From Flavobacteriales bacterium (GTDB lineage Bacteria > Bacteroidota > Bacteroidia > Flavobacteriales_F > PHOS-HE28), in the NCBI GenBank assembly GCA_041747675.1, contig JBGTES010000090.1, forward strand, positions 19,582-83,581: a DNA stretch of 64,000 nt. Reading direction: 5' to 3'. A model generated the notes under the pieces. The model was given only the letters and a program-made list of their open reading frames with translations. It was not told the origin of the DNA and did not search any database. Both the position numbers and the translations under genes were made by a program. Positions 49,723 to 59,859 of this stretch are shown one piece after another (positions within the stretch are counted from its first letter, which is position 1; each line of letters begins with the position of its first letter).

Positions 49723-51057
49723 ATGCGCCTCTTCGTCATTTTGTTGATCCTGCATGCCTGTGCGATGGCCACGGCACAACCCACACTGCTGCCCTCCATC
49801 GGCGTGGGTGCATTGCCCGCCGACAGCGACCCCATCTGCACCCTGCCGTTCCAGACCCCGCCCGTCCAGAGCGTTGGCAGACCCGTAGGCGAACAGGCCG
49901 CCGATCTCACCCTCTATGATCTGGACGGCAATGCCTTCGATCTGGGCGTGGCACTTTCCCAAGGGAAACCCGTTTTGATGATCAGTTCGAGTTACACCTG
50001 TTATGTGTTCCGCAACAAGGTGGAGCGTATCAATGCGGTGGCCGCACAGTATGCGGATCAGCTCACCACCATCATCGTATATACCGTGGAGGCGCACCCC
50101 ATCGTGGATATCAGCCCCTACTTCGGCGCGGTGAACACCGGCCAGGCGAACATGCAGGCGGGCGTTCTATACGAACAGCCGGACACCTACGGGGAGCGCA
50201 AGGCCATCGTGCAGGACATGCTTGAGAGCATGACCATCAATGTGCCGGTCTACCTCGATGGCCCGTGCAACAATTGGTGGGACTACTATGGCCCGCAGCC
50301 CAACAACGCCTACCTCATCGACCTGAACGGCACCATTCACACCCACCACGACTGGTTCGACAAGACACCCGAGAACATCGATTGCGACATCGCGGACCTG
50401 CTTGGCCTCAGTGCCCCCCCGGAATGTGCGGGCCAATCATACGGCGGACAGTTCGCGCTTCAGTGGGTGAGCAACGACACGGTCCACGGCCTGGGTGGCA
50501 CCACGATCGCCGCGCACATGGAACTGTGGAACCCCACCAACGAGGATGTGCTGGTGCGTGTGGTGAAGCTGCAGAATGACCTTCCCGCAGGATGGGGCAG
50601 TTCGCTGTGCCTGGACGTTTGCTACCTCCCCGACATCGACACGGCCATCGTACCCATCGCGGCGGGCGACACCATGCAGTTCTACTATTACTTCTACACT
50701 ACGCCTGGCAGCGCCACGGGCCACACACATATCGGCCTTCGCAATGAGTATGACCATGCCAACGGGTTCATGCGGCATGTTTGGGGTGTGGCCGAAGGCG
50801 GAGTTGGGATCAGCGACGCAATGCAGCTCGATCCACCAAACGCCCCCTACCCGAATCCATCTACCGGGCGGATATGGATACCTGGTGGACGGCAGGAGGA
50901 TGTGATCAGGATCTTCGACATGACGGGCAGGATTATTCTGGAGCGATCCTGGCAAGCGGCCATCGATGTGAGTGGCTTGCCACCAGGGGCCTATCGCCTC
51001 GTGTTGGAACGCGAAGGCCGGGGTGTCACCGCGCATACCGTGGTGGTCCAGCGGTGA
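49723..51057 (+). CDS. hypothetical secreted protein with T9SS C-terminal domain
   Basis: Signal peptide MRLFVILLILHACAMATAQ (an alternative ATG at 49696 gives MSKGPKRPC...). C-terminal tail PNPSTGRIWIPGG...IRIFDMTGRIILE...GAYRLVLEREG. Confidence 0.6.
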   Translation: MRLFVILLILHACAMATAQPTLLPSIGVGALPADSDPICTLPFQTPPVQSVGRPVGEQAADLTLYDLDGNAFDLGVALSQGKPVLMISSSYTCYVFRNKVERINAVAAQYADQLTTIIVYTVEAHPIVDISPYFGAVNTGQANMQAGVLYEQPDTYGERKAIVQDMLESMTINVPVYLDGPCNNWWDYYGPQPNNAYLIDLNGTIHTHHDWFDKTPENIDCDIADLLGLSAPPECAGQSYGGQFALQWVSNDTVHGLGGTTIAAHMELWNPTNEDVLVRVVKLQNDLPAGWGSSLCLDVCYLPDIDTAIVPIAAGDTMQFYYYFYTTPGSATGHTHIGLRNEYDHANGFMRHVWGVAEGGVGISDAMQLDPPNAPYPNPSTGRIWIPGGRQEDVIRIFDMTGRIILERSWQAAIDVSGLPPGAYRLVLEREGRGVTAHTVVVQR

Positions 51058-51066
51058 GGGCAGTAT

Positions 51067-51091
51067 GCGAAGAAGCCCCGTCCCCGGGGCT
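51067..51091. repeat. copy 1 of a 25-nt repeat gcgaagaagccccgtccccggggct (7-bp GC hairpin); probable terminator of the preceding gene
   Basis: An identical 25-mer recurs at about 54573-54597. Stem AGCCCCG/CGGGGCT with loop tccc. Confidence 0.5.
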
Positions 51092-51304
51092 TCCCTTCTA
51101 TGCTGCGACTCGCTCAAGCAATATCTGTGGCCCCTCGCTCAGGTCCGGGCCGGCCCAGTTGTGCCAGTCCCTTTGCGTTTGTTGCGGCGAGCGGTCAAGT
51201 AAGTGATCCCGAGCCATGCGCTCATACACCAGCAGGCGATAGCGAGGATCAGGAAGGCGATCTCCATGTCTGTGGGGATCTTAGGTTGGACATTCCGGCA
51301 CTGC

Positions 51305-52210
51305 TTATCGCAGGCGCAGCAGTACGGTGTTCAGGTAGGTGTCGCCGGATCGCACATCGATGCGGTAAAGACCGGGTTCCAGCTTCTCCTTTGGACGGAA
51401 GGTGAGATGGATCCGCGAAGCACGGGAGCCCGGTCCTGACAACAGTTCCACCGAGGCCATGGGCTCTCCTTCATGTGGATCGATGCTCATGGCGATCGAC
51501 GGATCCTTGCCTTCGTAGGACCTGCCCTTGGGTGAGATGATCTTGAAGTTGGCCTGCTGGGCCAAGTGCTCGGGCAGGTCGAAGGCCATACGGATCTGGC
51601 GGGTGCGTTTGGCCACCACGGTCAGCTTCTCCTTCTTCCCGCGTAATGCGTCCACTTCGGCGTTGTTCACCATTTGCGCACCCTGTTGCTGTTGGTCGAA
51701 GCGTGCTGCGATGGCATCGCGGTCGGCCATGGCTTGCGCCAGCTGACCACGTAGGTCGCGCTCGCTGGATCGCAGCTCTGCCAGCTGGGTCATGAGTTGC
51801 TCACGCTGGGCTTGGGCCTCGGCAAGGTCTTTTTTCGCCTTGTCCGTGCTGCGGGCCCTTCCTTCCAACGCGCGGGCATGTTCCTGGGCCTGCTTTACTC
51901 GACGCTCCAGATCGGCGATGCGCGCATCGGCATCGGTGTTGCGCTTGCGTTCGTCATGCAGGCTTCCTTCCTGATCATTCAAGCGTTTCTCCAACTGCAG
52001 CTTGTCGCCCAACAGGCGCTCATTCTCCAACCGCTCTTTTTCCACCGCGGCTTTCACTTTATCACTTCCCCCGCCCACCATGAAGATGGTGGTGCCGATG
52101 ACCCCTGCGGTGAGCAGGACCAGGGCGATGATCGTGGCGCGTTTCCGTGCGGTGCTTCCACCGCTGTTCTCTTGGGCTTTCATGTTCGTTCGTGTTCGTT
52201 GACGATGCAA
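51305..52210 (-). CDS. membrane-anchored coiled-coil protein (hypothetical)
   Basis: N-terminal TM IIALVLLTAGVIGTTIFMV, then about 150 aa of heptad-rich E/R/K/Q coiled coil. An alternative start is the ATG at 52183. Confidence 0.45.
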   Translation of the reverse strand: MHRQRTRTNMKAQENSGGSTARKRATIIALVLLTAGVIGTTIFMVGGGSDKVKAAVEKERLENERLLGDKLQLEKRLNDQEGSLHDERKRNTDADARIADLERRVKQAQEHARALEGRARSTDKAKKDLAEAQAQREQLMTQLAELRSSERDLRGQLAQAMADRDAIAARFDQQQQGAQMVNNAEVDALRGKKEKLTVVAKRTRQIRMAFDLPEHLAQQANFKIISPKGRSYEGKDPSIAMSIDPHEGEPMASVELLSGPGSRASRIHLTFRPKEKLEPGLYRIDVRSGDTYLNTVLLRLR

Positions 52211-52267
52211 AGCAGGCCCCCTGTGCTGAAGGCCACCCGTGAGCGGGATGAAAAAGGGGTGAAAGCT

Positions 52268-53635
52268 TCAACCGGCCTTTGGCAGCCGAACGGTGAAGCG
52301 GGCCCCGGCCCCGGGTGCCGACAACAGCACGATGCTTCCGCCGTGCAGCTCGGCGATGCGGCGCGCCAGTGACAGGCCGATGCCGTGGCCCTTGGCGCCA
52401 CCGGTGTTGGTGGCCCGGTAGAAGGGTTCGAAGACACGTTCCTGTTCGGCAGGCCCGATACCTGCTCCATTGTTGGAGATCGCGATGAGTACCTCCACAC
52501 CGTTTCTGTCCAACTTCACTCGCGCGATGTGGTCCGGTGAGTATTTGCAGGCATTCTCGATCAGATTCACCAACATGGAACGCAACAGGGTTTCATTGCC
52601 GCTCACCAGTAGATCGGCCTCCTCATCAAGTTGCCCGATGCTCACTTCCACCGTGTTGTGCTTTTCCGCCTTCAGTGTCTCTTGCCTGGCCTGCCATAGC
52701 ACCTCGTCCATGCGCACAGGTGTGAAGGTGGCGGCCGTTGTGCTGTTCTCCGCCTGGGCCAGCAACAGCAAGCGGTCGGCCAGTCGGTTCAGCGCCTGCA
52801 TGTCCTCCAACACGGAGCGCAAGGCAGGCTGGTATTCTTCCATCTCCCGGGGCTTCAACAGAAGCACTTCCAATTGCCCGCTGATAGTGGTGAGGGGTGT
52901 ACGCATCTCGTGCGATGCGTTGGCTATGAAGTTCTTCTGCACTTGGAAAGCCTCCTCCAGCCTGGCGAGCAACTCGTTGAAGGTGTAAGCGACTTCGGCG
53001 ATCTCGTCCTTGGTATCGCCGGTATGAATGCGCATGGCCAGGTCCTGTGCGTTGAAGCGGCGCAGTTCTGCGACCAGGCGTTGCAGGGGCACCAGAGCAC
53101 GTTGGGCGTAGAGCCGCCCGGCCAGAAAGGTGATCAGCAATCCGGCTAGGAAGTTGGCCACCAGTACCTGGGCGAGGTTGCGCAGTTTGCTACGGCCAAA
53201 GATGTCGTTGCCGCTCACCACCACCACGAAGCGGTCGTACCGGTCGTTGAAGGGGAAGGCCAGACGTTCGCGTTGGCCGATGGTGGACCACTGCGTGCCT
53301 TCCAAGCGCACCAGGTCCAGCAATTCCGGGGGGGCCGGAGGCAGGCCCTCGTCACCCATACGGAACAGCAATTCTCCATTGTGGTCGAAGATGCGGATGG
53401 CCTCCTCGGGCAGGCGCACAGGGTTGTCACGCTCAATGCGCCGCAGCAGTTCCTCGGTCACTTCCTCCACCTGGATCAACAGGGTGGCCGCGTTGATGCC
53501 GCGATCGCGCAAGCGGCCTTCAAACTCCTGCATGCGGTATTTGGCCGAGAGCAGGTAGATGGAAGCCGACATTCCGCCCAGTACCAAGGATGCCAGTATC
53601 ATGAACTGTAGCGTGAGACGCCCCCGGATGGTCAT
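52268..53635 (-). CDS. two-component sensor histidine kinase (HisKA + HATPase_c)
   Basis: Two TM segments flank a periplasmic loop. H-box NASHEMRTPLTTISGQLEVLL, then N/G boxes (...NLIENACKYSP...GIGLSLARRIAELHGGSI). The start at ATG 53635 overlaps the RR stop. Confidence 0.8.
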   Translation of the reverse strand: MTIRGRLTLQFMILASLVLGGMSASIYLLSAKYRMQEFEGRLRDRGINAATLLIQVEEVTEELLRRIERDNPVRLPEEAIRIFDHNGELLFRMGDEGLPPAPPELLDLVRLEGTQWSTIGQRERLAFPFNDRYDRFVVVVSGNDIFGRSKLRNLAQVLVANFLAGLLITFLAGRLYAQRALVPLQRLVAELRRFNAQDLAMRIHTGDTKDEIAEVAYTFNELLARLEEAFQVQKNFIANASHEMRTPLTTISGQLEVLLLKPREMEEYQPALRSVLEDMQALNRLADRLLLLAQAENSTTAATFTPVRMDEVLWQARQETLKAEKHNTVEVSIGQLDEEADLLVSGNETLLRSMLVNLIENACKYSPDHIARVKLDRNGVEVLIAISNNGAGIGPAEQERVFEPFYRATNTGGAKGHGIGLSLARRIAELHGGSIVLLSAPGAGARFTVRLPKAG

Positions 53636-54312
53636 GTACGCGCGGTGAGAATGTAGCCCAGCCCCACACGGGTGTGGATGAGCTTGGGCTCGAAGTCGCG
53701 ATCCACTTTCTTGCGCAGCAGTTTGACGTAGGCCTCCACCACGTTGGTGCCGGTATCGAAATCGATGTCCCATACCTTCTCACTGATCTGGGCACGGGAA
53801 AGCACACGATCGGCATTGCGCATGAGGTACTCCAGCAGCGCGAACTCCTTTGCGGTGAGTGTTATGCGCAGTCCTTCGCGCACGGCCTCCTTGCGCGCAA
53901 GGTCCAGCACCAGGCCGTGGTATTCCAGTTGATCGGCCTGCACATGCACCGCCGATCCACGGCGCAACAGGGAGCGCACCCGCGCAAGAAGCTCCTTGAA
54001 CTCAAAGGGCTTCACCAGATAGTCATCAGCCCCGGCATCCAGGCCGCCCACCTTGTCATCAGTGGTACCCAATGCGGTGAGGATCAGGATGGGCATGGTG
54101 CCACCGCCTGCACGGATGGCCTTGCAGGTCTCCAGCCCATTCATGCCGGGCATCACTACATCCATCACCACAAGGTCCACAGGCTCCTGCAGGGCGAAGC
54201 GCTTGCCCATGGGGCCATCATAGGCGCTGAGCACCTCGTAGCCACTTTCTTCAAGTCCCTGTTTCAGGAACGCGGCCACCTTGGGTTCATCCTCCACCAC
54301 CAGAATGCGCAT
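53632..54312 (-). CDS. OmpR/PhoB-family winged-helix response regulator
   Basis: MRILVVEDEPKVAAFLKQGLEESGYEV...DLVVMDVVMPGMNGLE... plus a C-terminal wHTH (LTAKEFALLEYLMRN...). Confidence 0.85.
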   Translation of the reverse strand: MRILVVEDEPKVAAFLKQGLEESGYEVLSAYDGPMGKRFALQEPVDLVVMDVVMPGMNGLETCKAIRAGGGTMPILILTALGTTDDKVGGLDAGADDYLVKPFEFKELLARVRSLLRRGSAVHVQADQLEYHGLVLDLARKEAVREGLRITLTAKEFALLEYLMRNADRVLSRAQISEKVWDIDFDTGTNVVEAYVKLLRKKVDRDFEPKLIHTRVGLGYILTART

Positions 54313-54572
54313 GCTTTTGTCCGTTCACGAGCGTGTTGCGAAGATCGGCCATTGTTCCTTGGCGGCGAGCCGGTGACCCAAGAGTGGGTCACCGGCCGCC
54401 TAGGCGAAGTACATTGCATCCATCCCTGGAGCCATGCGGTCCCTTTCGCAGGAGGTGGGTCGCGTATGGTGCCGATCCGATCTTGCCTTCCCTGCTGGAC
54501 AGTGCAAATCACCAGACCTGTTCCGGAAGGGACCTGACACCAACATGAAATTTCCATGAAAGGATCACCAAC

Positions 54573-54597
54573 GCGAAGAAGCCCCGTCCCCGGGGCT
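54573..54597. repeat. copy 2 of the 25-nt GC-hairpin repeat, inside an ~850-bp gene-free region
   Basis: Identical to 51067-51091. Immediately followed by a second hairpin, gcctgcc-tgccgga-ggcaggc. Confidence 0.5.
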
Positions 54598-55164
54598 CCT
54601 CCCAATTCGTCCGTGCGCCTGCCTGCCGGAGGCAGGCCGGATGCGAGGCTCACCGGCCCCGCTGGCTGAGCGGAGGCAACGCCCTCCCGGGCTTGCGTAT
54701 GGTGAGCCGCGCGAAGACCTTCTGCTCGGAGGGCTCCTTCCTGATTCGCTGGCGGACGTATACGATCATGACTTCTGGAACGAAGCTCGCCTTCCTGTAT
54801 GTCCGGGACGTTCTGGGAAAGTGAAGTGTTTTCGAATGGGTGCACGAGATATCCACAGCGTGAACAATCTCGGTGGAGCGCGGCATGGCGCCTGGTGCGA
54901 TCAGTACACGAGTAACAACCAGCCGATAAAGAGCAAGGCCAGCGCAATGGCCAGGACCCGGTACAACGTGGGTATGCGTGCAGGTTTCTTACTTCCCATG
55001 GGCGCAGAAGGTAAGGCTACGATGCAAGAGGCCTTGTGTTCAACAATGTGCACAGCATGGCATTCGATCAATGCGGCATGGCATCGGACCATCCGCGCCG
55101 ATCTTTGTGCCGAGCGTTGAATATCCCTCAACCATTCAACCACCCAACCCTCAACCTCTCCACC

Positions 55165-56151
55165 ATGCGCTACCGCCGCCTCGGCACTTCAGGCCTCCAG
55201 GTCTCCGAACTCTCACTGGGAAGCTGGCTCACCTTCGGGAAACAGATCACCGATGCCACCGCGGAGAAATTGATGAAGAGCGCTTACGATGGTGGCATCA
55301 ACTTCTTCGACAATGCCGAGATCTATGCACGCGGTGAGAGCGAGCGGGTGATGGGCAAGATCCTGAAGAAGACCAAATGGCCACGTGACACCTGGATCGT
55401 GAGCAGCAAGGCATACTTCGGCGCGGGTGGTAAACTGCCTACGCAGACCGGGCTGCACCGCAAGCATTTGGTGGAAGCCTGCAACGCCGCACTTCAACGC
55501 TTGCAGGTGGAATACCTGGACCTCTTTTTCTGCCACCGGCCGGACAAGCACACGCCGATCGAAGAGACGGTGTGGACAATGCACCAGTTGATCATGAGTG
55601 GCAAGGTGCTCTATTGGGGCACCAGCGAATGGAGCGCACCGGAGATCATGGAGGCGCACATGGTCGCAAGGCAGCATCACCTGATCGGACCCGTGATGGA
55701 GCAGCCCCAGTACAACATGTTCCACCGTAACAAGGTGGAGGTGGAGTACGGGCAGATATACAAGACCGTTGGGCTGGGCACCACCATCTGGAGTCCGCTG
55801 GCCAGTGGCATCCTCACCGGCAAACACCGCGACATCAAAGCCGCCAAGGGCACGCGCCTCACCATGGCAGGCCTCGATTGGCTGCGCGAACGCGAACTCA
55901 CGCCCGCACGCCTGAAGACCGTGGAGAAGCTGAACAAGATCGCCGATGGTCTTGGCCTCTCGCTGCCGGTGATGGCCCTGGCCTGGTGCCTGAAGAACCC
56001 GCATGTGAGCACGGTGATCCTCGGCGCCAGCAAGGAGGCACAACTGAAGGAGAATCTTAAGGCTTCCGAAGCGCAGGACCTGTTGACACCTGCGGTGATG
56101 GAAAAGATCGAGAAGGTGTTGGGGAACGCTCCAGTGCGGCCGCAGTGGTGA
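55165..56151 (+). CDS. aldo/keto reductase (Kv-beta/YajO-like subfamily)
   Basis: MRYRRLGTSGLQVSELSLGSW...YDGGINFFDNAEIYARGESE...YLDLFFCHRPD... is the AKR catalytic-tetrad context. The track ORF begins upstream at 55036. Confidence 0.8.
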   Translation: MRYRRLGTSGLQVSELSLGSWLTFGKQITDATAEKLMKSAYDGGINFFDNAEIYARGESERVMGKILKKTKWPRDTWIVSSKAYFGAGGKLPTQTGLHRKHLVEACNAALQRLQVEYLDLFFCHRPDKHTPIEETVWTMHQLIMSGKVLYWGTSEWSAPEIMEAHMVARQHHLIGPVMEQPQYNMFHRNKVEVEYGQIYKTVGLGTTIWSPLASGILTGKHRDIKAAKGTRLTMAGLDWLRERELTPARLKTVEKLNKIADGLGLSLPVMALAWCLKNPHVSTVILGASKEAQLKENLKASEAQDLLTPAVMEKIEKVLGNAPVRPQW

Positions 56152-56303
56152 CAGGCACCCCGCCGGTCCCAACACTGCGATGCACGGAGTCGCCTTTGAC
56201 AGGCACCACGGTCGTTCACCCGATCGAACCGGTCATTCACCCGCCTCCGACTTCCATTTGGCATTAGGCGGGTATAGCTTGTGGTCCATTAAAGCTGACC
56301 GAC

Positions 56304-58016
56304 ATGCTTACACGCGTGATCCTGCCAACGGCCTTTGCGGCTCTTTTCGCGAGTGCCGGTTCCGCCCAGACATTGGATTGGGCGAATGCCATCGGAGGGG
56401 ATCCCTTCCAAACCCAGTTCGCTAATGCCACAGCGGTGGACAGCGAAGGCGCGGTGATCACCATCGGCAGATACGTGGGTAGTGCGGATCTCGATCCCGG
56501 CCCGGGCGAAGCCTTCGTTACGAGTAATGGAGACACCGATATCTTCATCCAGAAAGTGGATGCTTTCGGACAGTTCCTCTGGGGCAGGTCCATCGGCGGC
56601 ACCAGCCAGGACTGGGGCCAGGGGATCACCATCGACAGCGGCAACAATGTGATCGTGACCGGCCGGGTGGCGGGAACGGTGGATCTCGATCCGGGTCCGG
56701 GCACCGATCTCTGGACCACGCCCAATACGGTCTTCGCCGTGTTCGTTGTAAAGCTCAGTGCAGAAGGAGGATACCAATGGGGGCGGATCTTCGGTGGGAT
56801 CAACAACGACGCCGGATATGATGTGGCGGTGGATCACGAGGACAACATCATCACTGTGGGGGTCATCGGCGGGCCGGCCGACCTGGATCCCGGACCGGAT
56901 GTGGCACAGGCCGGAGGCAACGGCATGCAGGACATCTTCGTGCAGAAGATGGACGCACAGGGCAACTTCCTTTGGGGGGCTGCCATGGGCGGGCCTGCCC
57001 ATGATCTCGCATACGGGGTGGCCATCGACGCAGAGGGGCACATCTTCGTCACCGGTGAATTCCGCGGCACGGCCGACTTCGACCCCGGCCCTGGCACGGC
57101 ATCGCGCACCAGTGGCGGGTTCGAGGACATCTTCGTGCTGAAGCTCAGTGCCGATGGAGCCCTGATCTGGGTCAACACCTTCGGATCATCAGGTCTTGAA
57201 CATTCCAACGCGATCGCCGTGGGACCCGACGGCGGCCCCGTATTCACCGGCCGCATCACCAGTGTCACCGACTTCGACCCGGGACCCGATGTACACGAAG
57301 TGCAGGGCAGCCTGTTCGAGGACGGATTCATCTGCAAGCTCGATGGTGATGGAGCGCTGGAGTGGGCCTTCCTGCTGGCGTCGTTCATGGTGGAGGGCCA
57401 CGCCATCGCGGTGGATGTGGAGAACAACGTATATGCCGCCGGGACCTTCTTCAGCGTACAGGGTATTCCACTGGACCTTGATCCTGGAACGGGATCGGCG
57501 CCGGTGTCCAGCCAGGGTGGCGGCGATGTGTGGGTGGCCAGTTATGGATCCGGAGGGGTGTATCGCTGGGGATTCAGCATCGGCAGCTTCCAGACCGACA
57601 TTCCCCATGGGATCGCCGTCGGACCTACGGGCAAGGTGGTCGTGGTGGGCAGCTTCCTGCAGGACCTGGAAGTAGATCCCGGGCCGGGAAGTGTCACCCT
57701 GCCGGTCACCTGGGGTCCGGATGCGTTCATCGCGCAGTATCGGCAGGACTTTACCACCGGCATTCTCGCGGAACATCTCGCAAATGCCCCCGGGCTGTTC
57801 CCCAATCCGGCCAGCAGTATGGTGCGTATCCACTCGACCGGAAATGAGGCCGTGGAGCGCATGGAAGTTTCGGATGCGCAGGGCAGGGTGATGATGCGCT
57901 GGCACGGATCGCCACCACCGACATTCTCAGTGGACCAGTTGTCCCCCGGGATCCATTTCGTTCGTCTGCTGATCGGTGGCCAATGGCATGTGCTGCCGCT
58001 GGTGGTGATGCGATGA
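56304..58016 (+). CDS. SBBP/beta-propeller-repeat protein with T9SS C-terminal domain
   Basis: About 9 repeats containing DLDPGPG / FDPGPG. Signal peptide. C-terminal tail LFPNPASSMVRIHSTGNE...GIHFVRLLIGGQ. Confidence 0.7.
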   Translation: MLTRVILPTAFAALFASAGSAQTLDWANAIGGDPFQTQFANATAVDSEGAVITIGRYVGSADLDPGPGEAFVTSNGDTDIFIQKVDAFGQFLWGRSIGGTSQDWGQGITIDSGNNVIVTGRVAGTVDLDPGPGTDLWTTPNTVFAVFVVKLSAEGGYQWGRIFGGINNDAGYDVAVDHEDNIITVGVIGGPADLDPGPDVAQAGGNGMQDIFVQKMDAQGNFLWGAAMGGPAHDLAYGVAIDAEGHIFVTGEFRGTADFDPGPGTASRTSGGFEDIFVLKLSADGALIWVNTFGSSGLEHSNAIAVGPDGGPVFTGRITSVTDFDPGPDVHEVQGSLFEDGFICKLDGDGALEWAFLLASFMVEGHAIAVDVENNVYAAGTFFSVQGIPLDLDPGTGSAPVSSQGGGDVWVASYGSGGVYRWGFSIGSFQTDIPHGIAVGPTGKVVVVGSFLQDLEVDPGPGSVTLPVTWGPDAFIAQYRQDFTTGILAEHLANAPGLFPNPASSMVRIHSTGNEAVERMEVSDAQGRVMMRWHGSPPPTFSVDQLSPGIHFVRLLIGGQWHVLPLVVMR

Positions 58017-58050
58017 ACAGATCAAGCCGTTCCATCACGATCTTGTGTCC

Positions 58051-59859
58051 ATGTTTCGCGCGCTGTTCCTGTCGACCCTCACATGCGCCGCGATCGGTGC
58101 AGCGGGACAGACGGACAGTCTCATACGGGTCTTGAACGACCTGCCCGATGATAGTAACAAGGTCGCTGCCATGGGCCAGGCCGCGCGCGAGTTGATATTG
58201 CGTGATACGGATCGGTCCATATTGATCGGCGGTACGGGACTGGCACTGGCGCAACACCTCGGACTGCGATATCATCAAGCCACGGCGCACAACCTGCTGG
58301 GCGTCGGGCACAATTTGCAGGGTGATCGAAATGCCGCGCTTGAGCACTTTCTGGGTGCGCTGGAGATCTCGGAAAGCCTCGGGAAGAAAGCCTTGACGGC
58401 CAACGTACGATCAAACCTCGCCCGGCTATATCTGGATGATCGACGACTGGACCTTGCCGAAGCCGAGTACCGTCGTGCCATGCGGGAGTTCCGTGACCTG
58501 GATGAGCCCATCTGGGAGGCGGGCATGGTGCAAGGCCTCGCCGATGTGTACCGTCAGATGGACCGGCGGGACAGCGCCCAGATCCTATTCGGTAAAGCGG
58601 CGGACATGCTCGTTCAGCTACAAAGGCCCCTGCATGCGGCCCTTGCCCGGCACGACCAGGCCGTGCATACGGATGGCCCCGGCGAGGACTCGCTTTCGCT
58701 GGCACGCCATCGCCAGGCATGGGCATTATTGCAGGAGGCGGAGAACGGACAAAGCGCTTTCACGCGAATGACCATCCTGCGCGGATTGGGCGGCGCGCTG
58801 TTGCGCAATGGCTTGGATGACGAAGCGGAAGGGATCCTGCGCGAGGCTTTGGCGCTGGCCACCAGTGCTGGCCAACGGCAAGGCCGGCATGACCTGCACC
58901 TGCTGCTGGCGGGCGTACTGGAACGGCGGGGCGGGGCGGACAGCGCGTTGCACCACCTGCGCCAGTATGTGGCGTTGCACGACAGCATGGTCACAGCCGA
59001 ACGTGCACGTGCCATCATCGAGTTGCAGGAGCGCTACGAAAGTGAGCGCAAGGACATCGCGTTGGCCCACCAACGGATGCTGCTGGAGCGACGTACCCGT
59101 TCCATGTACCTGTTGACGGGTGGCATCATCCTGATGGCGATCTCCCTGCTGCTGCTATGGCGTGCATGGCGGGCGAAGCAACGCACTGCGGCCGCGCTGC
59201 GCAAAGCCCTGGACGAGCGGCAGCTGCTGTTGCGCGAGATCCATCACCGGGTGAAGAACAACCTGCAGATGGTGGGTGGCCTGTTGCGCATGCAGGGCCG
59301 CCATATCCGCGACCCCATGGCGCGCGAGGCGGTGCGCGACAGCCAGGACCGCGTGCGCAGCATGGCCCTGATCCACCAGGACCTCTACCTCGAGGACGAT
59401 CCACGCGGCATCCAGATGGTGCCCTACGTGGAGAAGCTCGTCCATGGACTCTTGAAGAGTCACGCAGTGGGGACGGAACGCATCCAGCTGGAACTGACCG
59501 TGGATCCGGTGCGCCTGGATGTGGATGTGGCCATGCCGATCGGATTGATCCTCAATGAACTCATCGTCAATGCCCTGAAGCATGCGTTCCCGCAAGGACG
59601 AACGGGCCGCTTGCGGGTGATGCTCAAGCATCAGGCGGAGGAGCTGGTGCTGGAGGTGTCCGACAACGGTGTGGGCCATGCGGCCGGCACAGGCATGGAG
59701 AGCGGTACACCGGGTTTCGGGCTGGGCATGTTGCGCACTTTCGCCGACAAACTGGGCGCACGGTATGAGATGAACGGACATCCCGGCACCACCGTCCGGA
59801 TGTTCATCCGCGATCACAAGGCTCCTATCGAACCGGCGCTGTCAGTTTCCCAACGATGA
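58051..59859 (+). CDS. TPR-repeat sensor histidine kinase (HisKA_2-type H-box + HATPase_c)
   Basis: Signal peptide, TPR-like repeats, a TM segment (MYLLTGGIILMAISLLLLW), H-box LLLREIHHRVKNNLQMVGGLL, and ATPase LNELIVNALKHAF...DNGVG. The track ORF starts at GTG 58045. Confidence 0.8.
   Translation: MFRALFLSTLTCAAIGAAGQTDSLIRVLNDLPDDSNKVAAMGQAARELILRDTDRSILIGGTGLALAQHLGLRYHQATAHNLLGVGHNLQGDRNAALEHFLGALEISESLGKKALTANVRSNLARLYLDDRRLDLAEAEYRRAMREFRDLDEPIWEAGMVQGLADVYRQMDRRDSAQILFGKAADMLVQLQRPLHAALARHDQAVHTDGPGEDSLSLARHRQAWALLQEAENGQSAFTRMTILRGLGGALLRNGLDDEAEGILREALALATSAGQRQGRHDLHLLLAGVLERRGGADSALHHLRQYVALHDSMVTAERARAIIELQERYESERKDIALAHQRMLLERRTRSMYLLTGGIILMAISLLLLWRAWRAKQRTAAALRKALDERQLLLREIHHRVKNNLQMVGGLLRMQGRHIRDPMAREAVRDSQDRVRSMALIHQDLYLEDDPRGIQMVPYVEKLVHGLLKSHAVGTERIQLELTVDPVRLDVDVAMPIGLILNELIVNALKHAFPQGRTGRLRVMLKHQAEELVLEVSDNGVGHAAGTGMESGTPGFGLGMLRTFADKLGARYEMNGHPGTTVRMFIRDHKAPIEPALSVSQR

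Noticed and set aside
54641-55120. 159-aa + strand ORF in the gene-free region upstream of the aldo/keto reductase.
   Set aside because: No start context, no domain, composition like the surrounding non-coding DNA. Treated as non-coding; only the small hydrophobic peptide on the other strand is noted as a low-confidence possibility.
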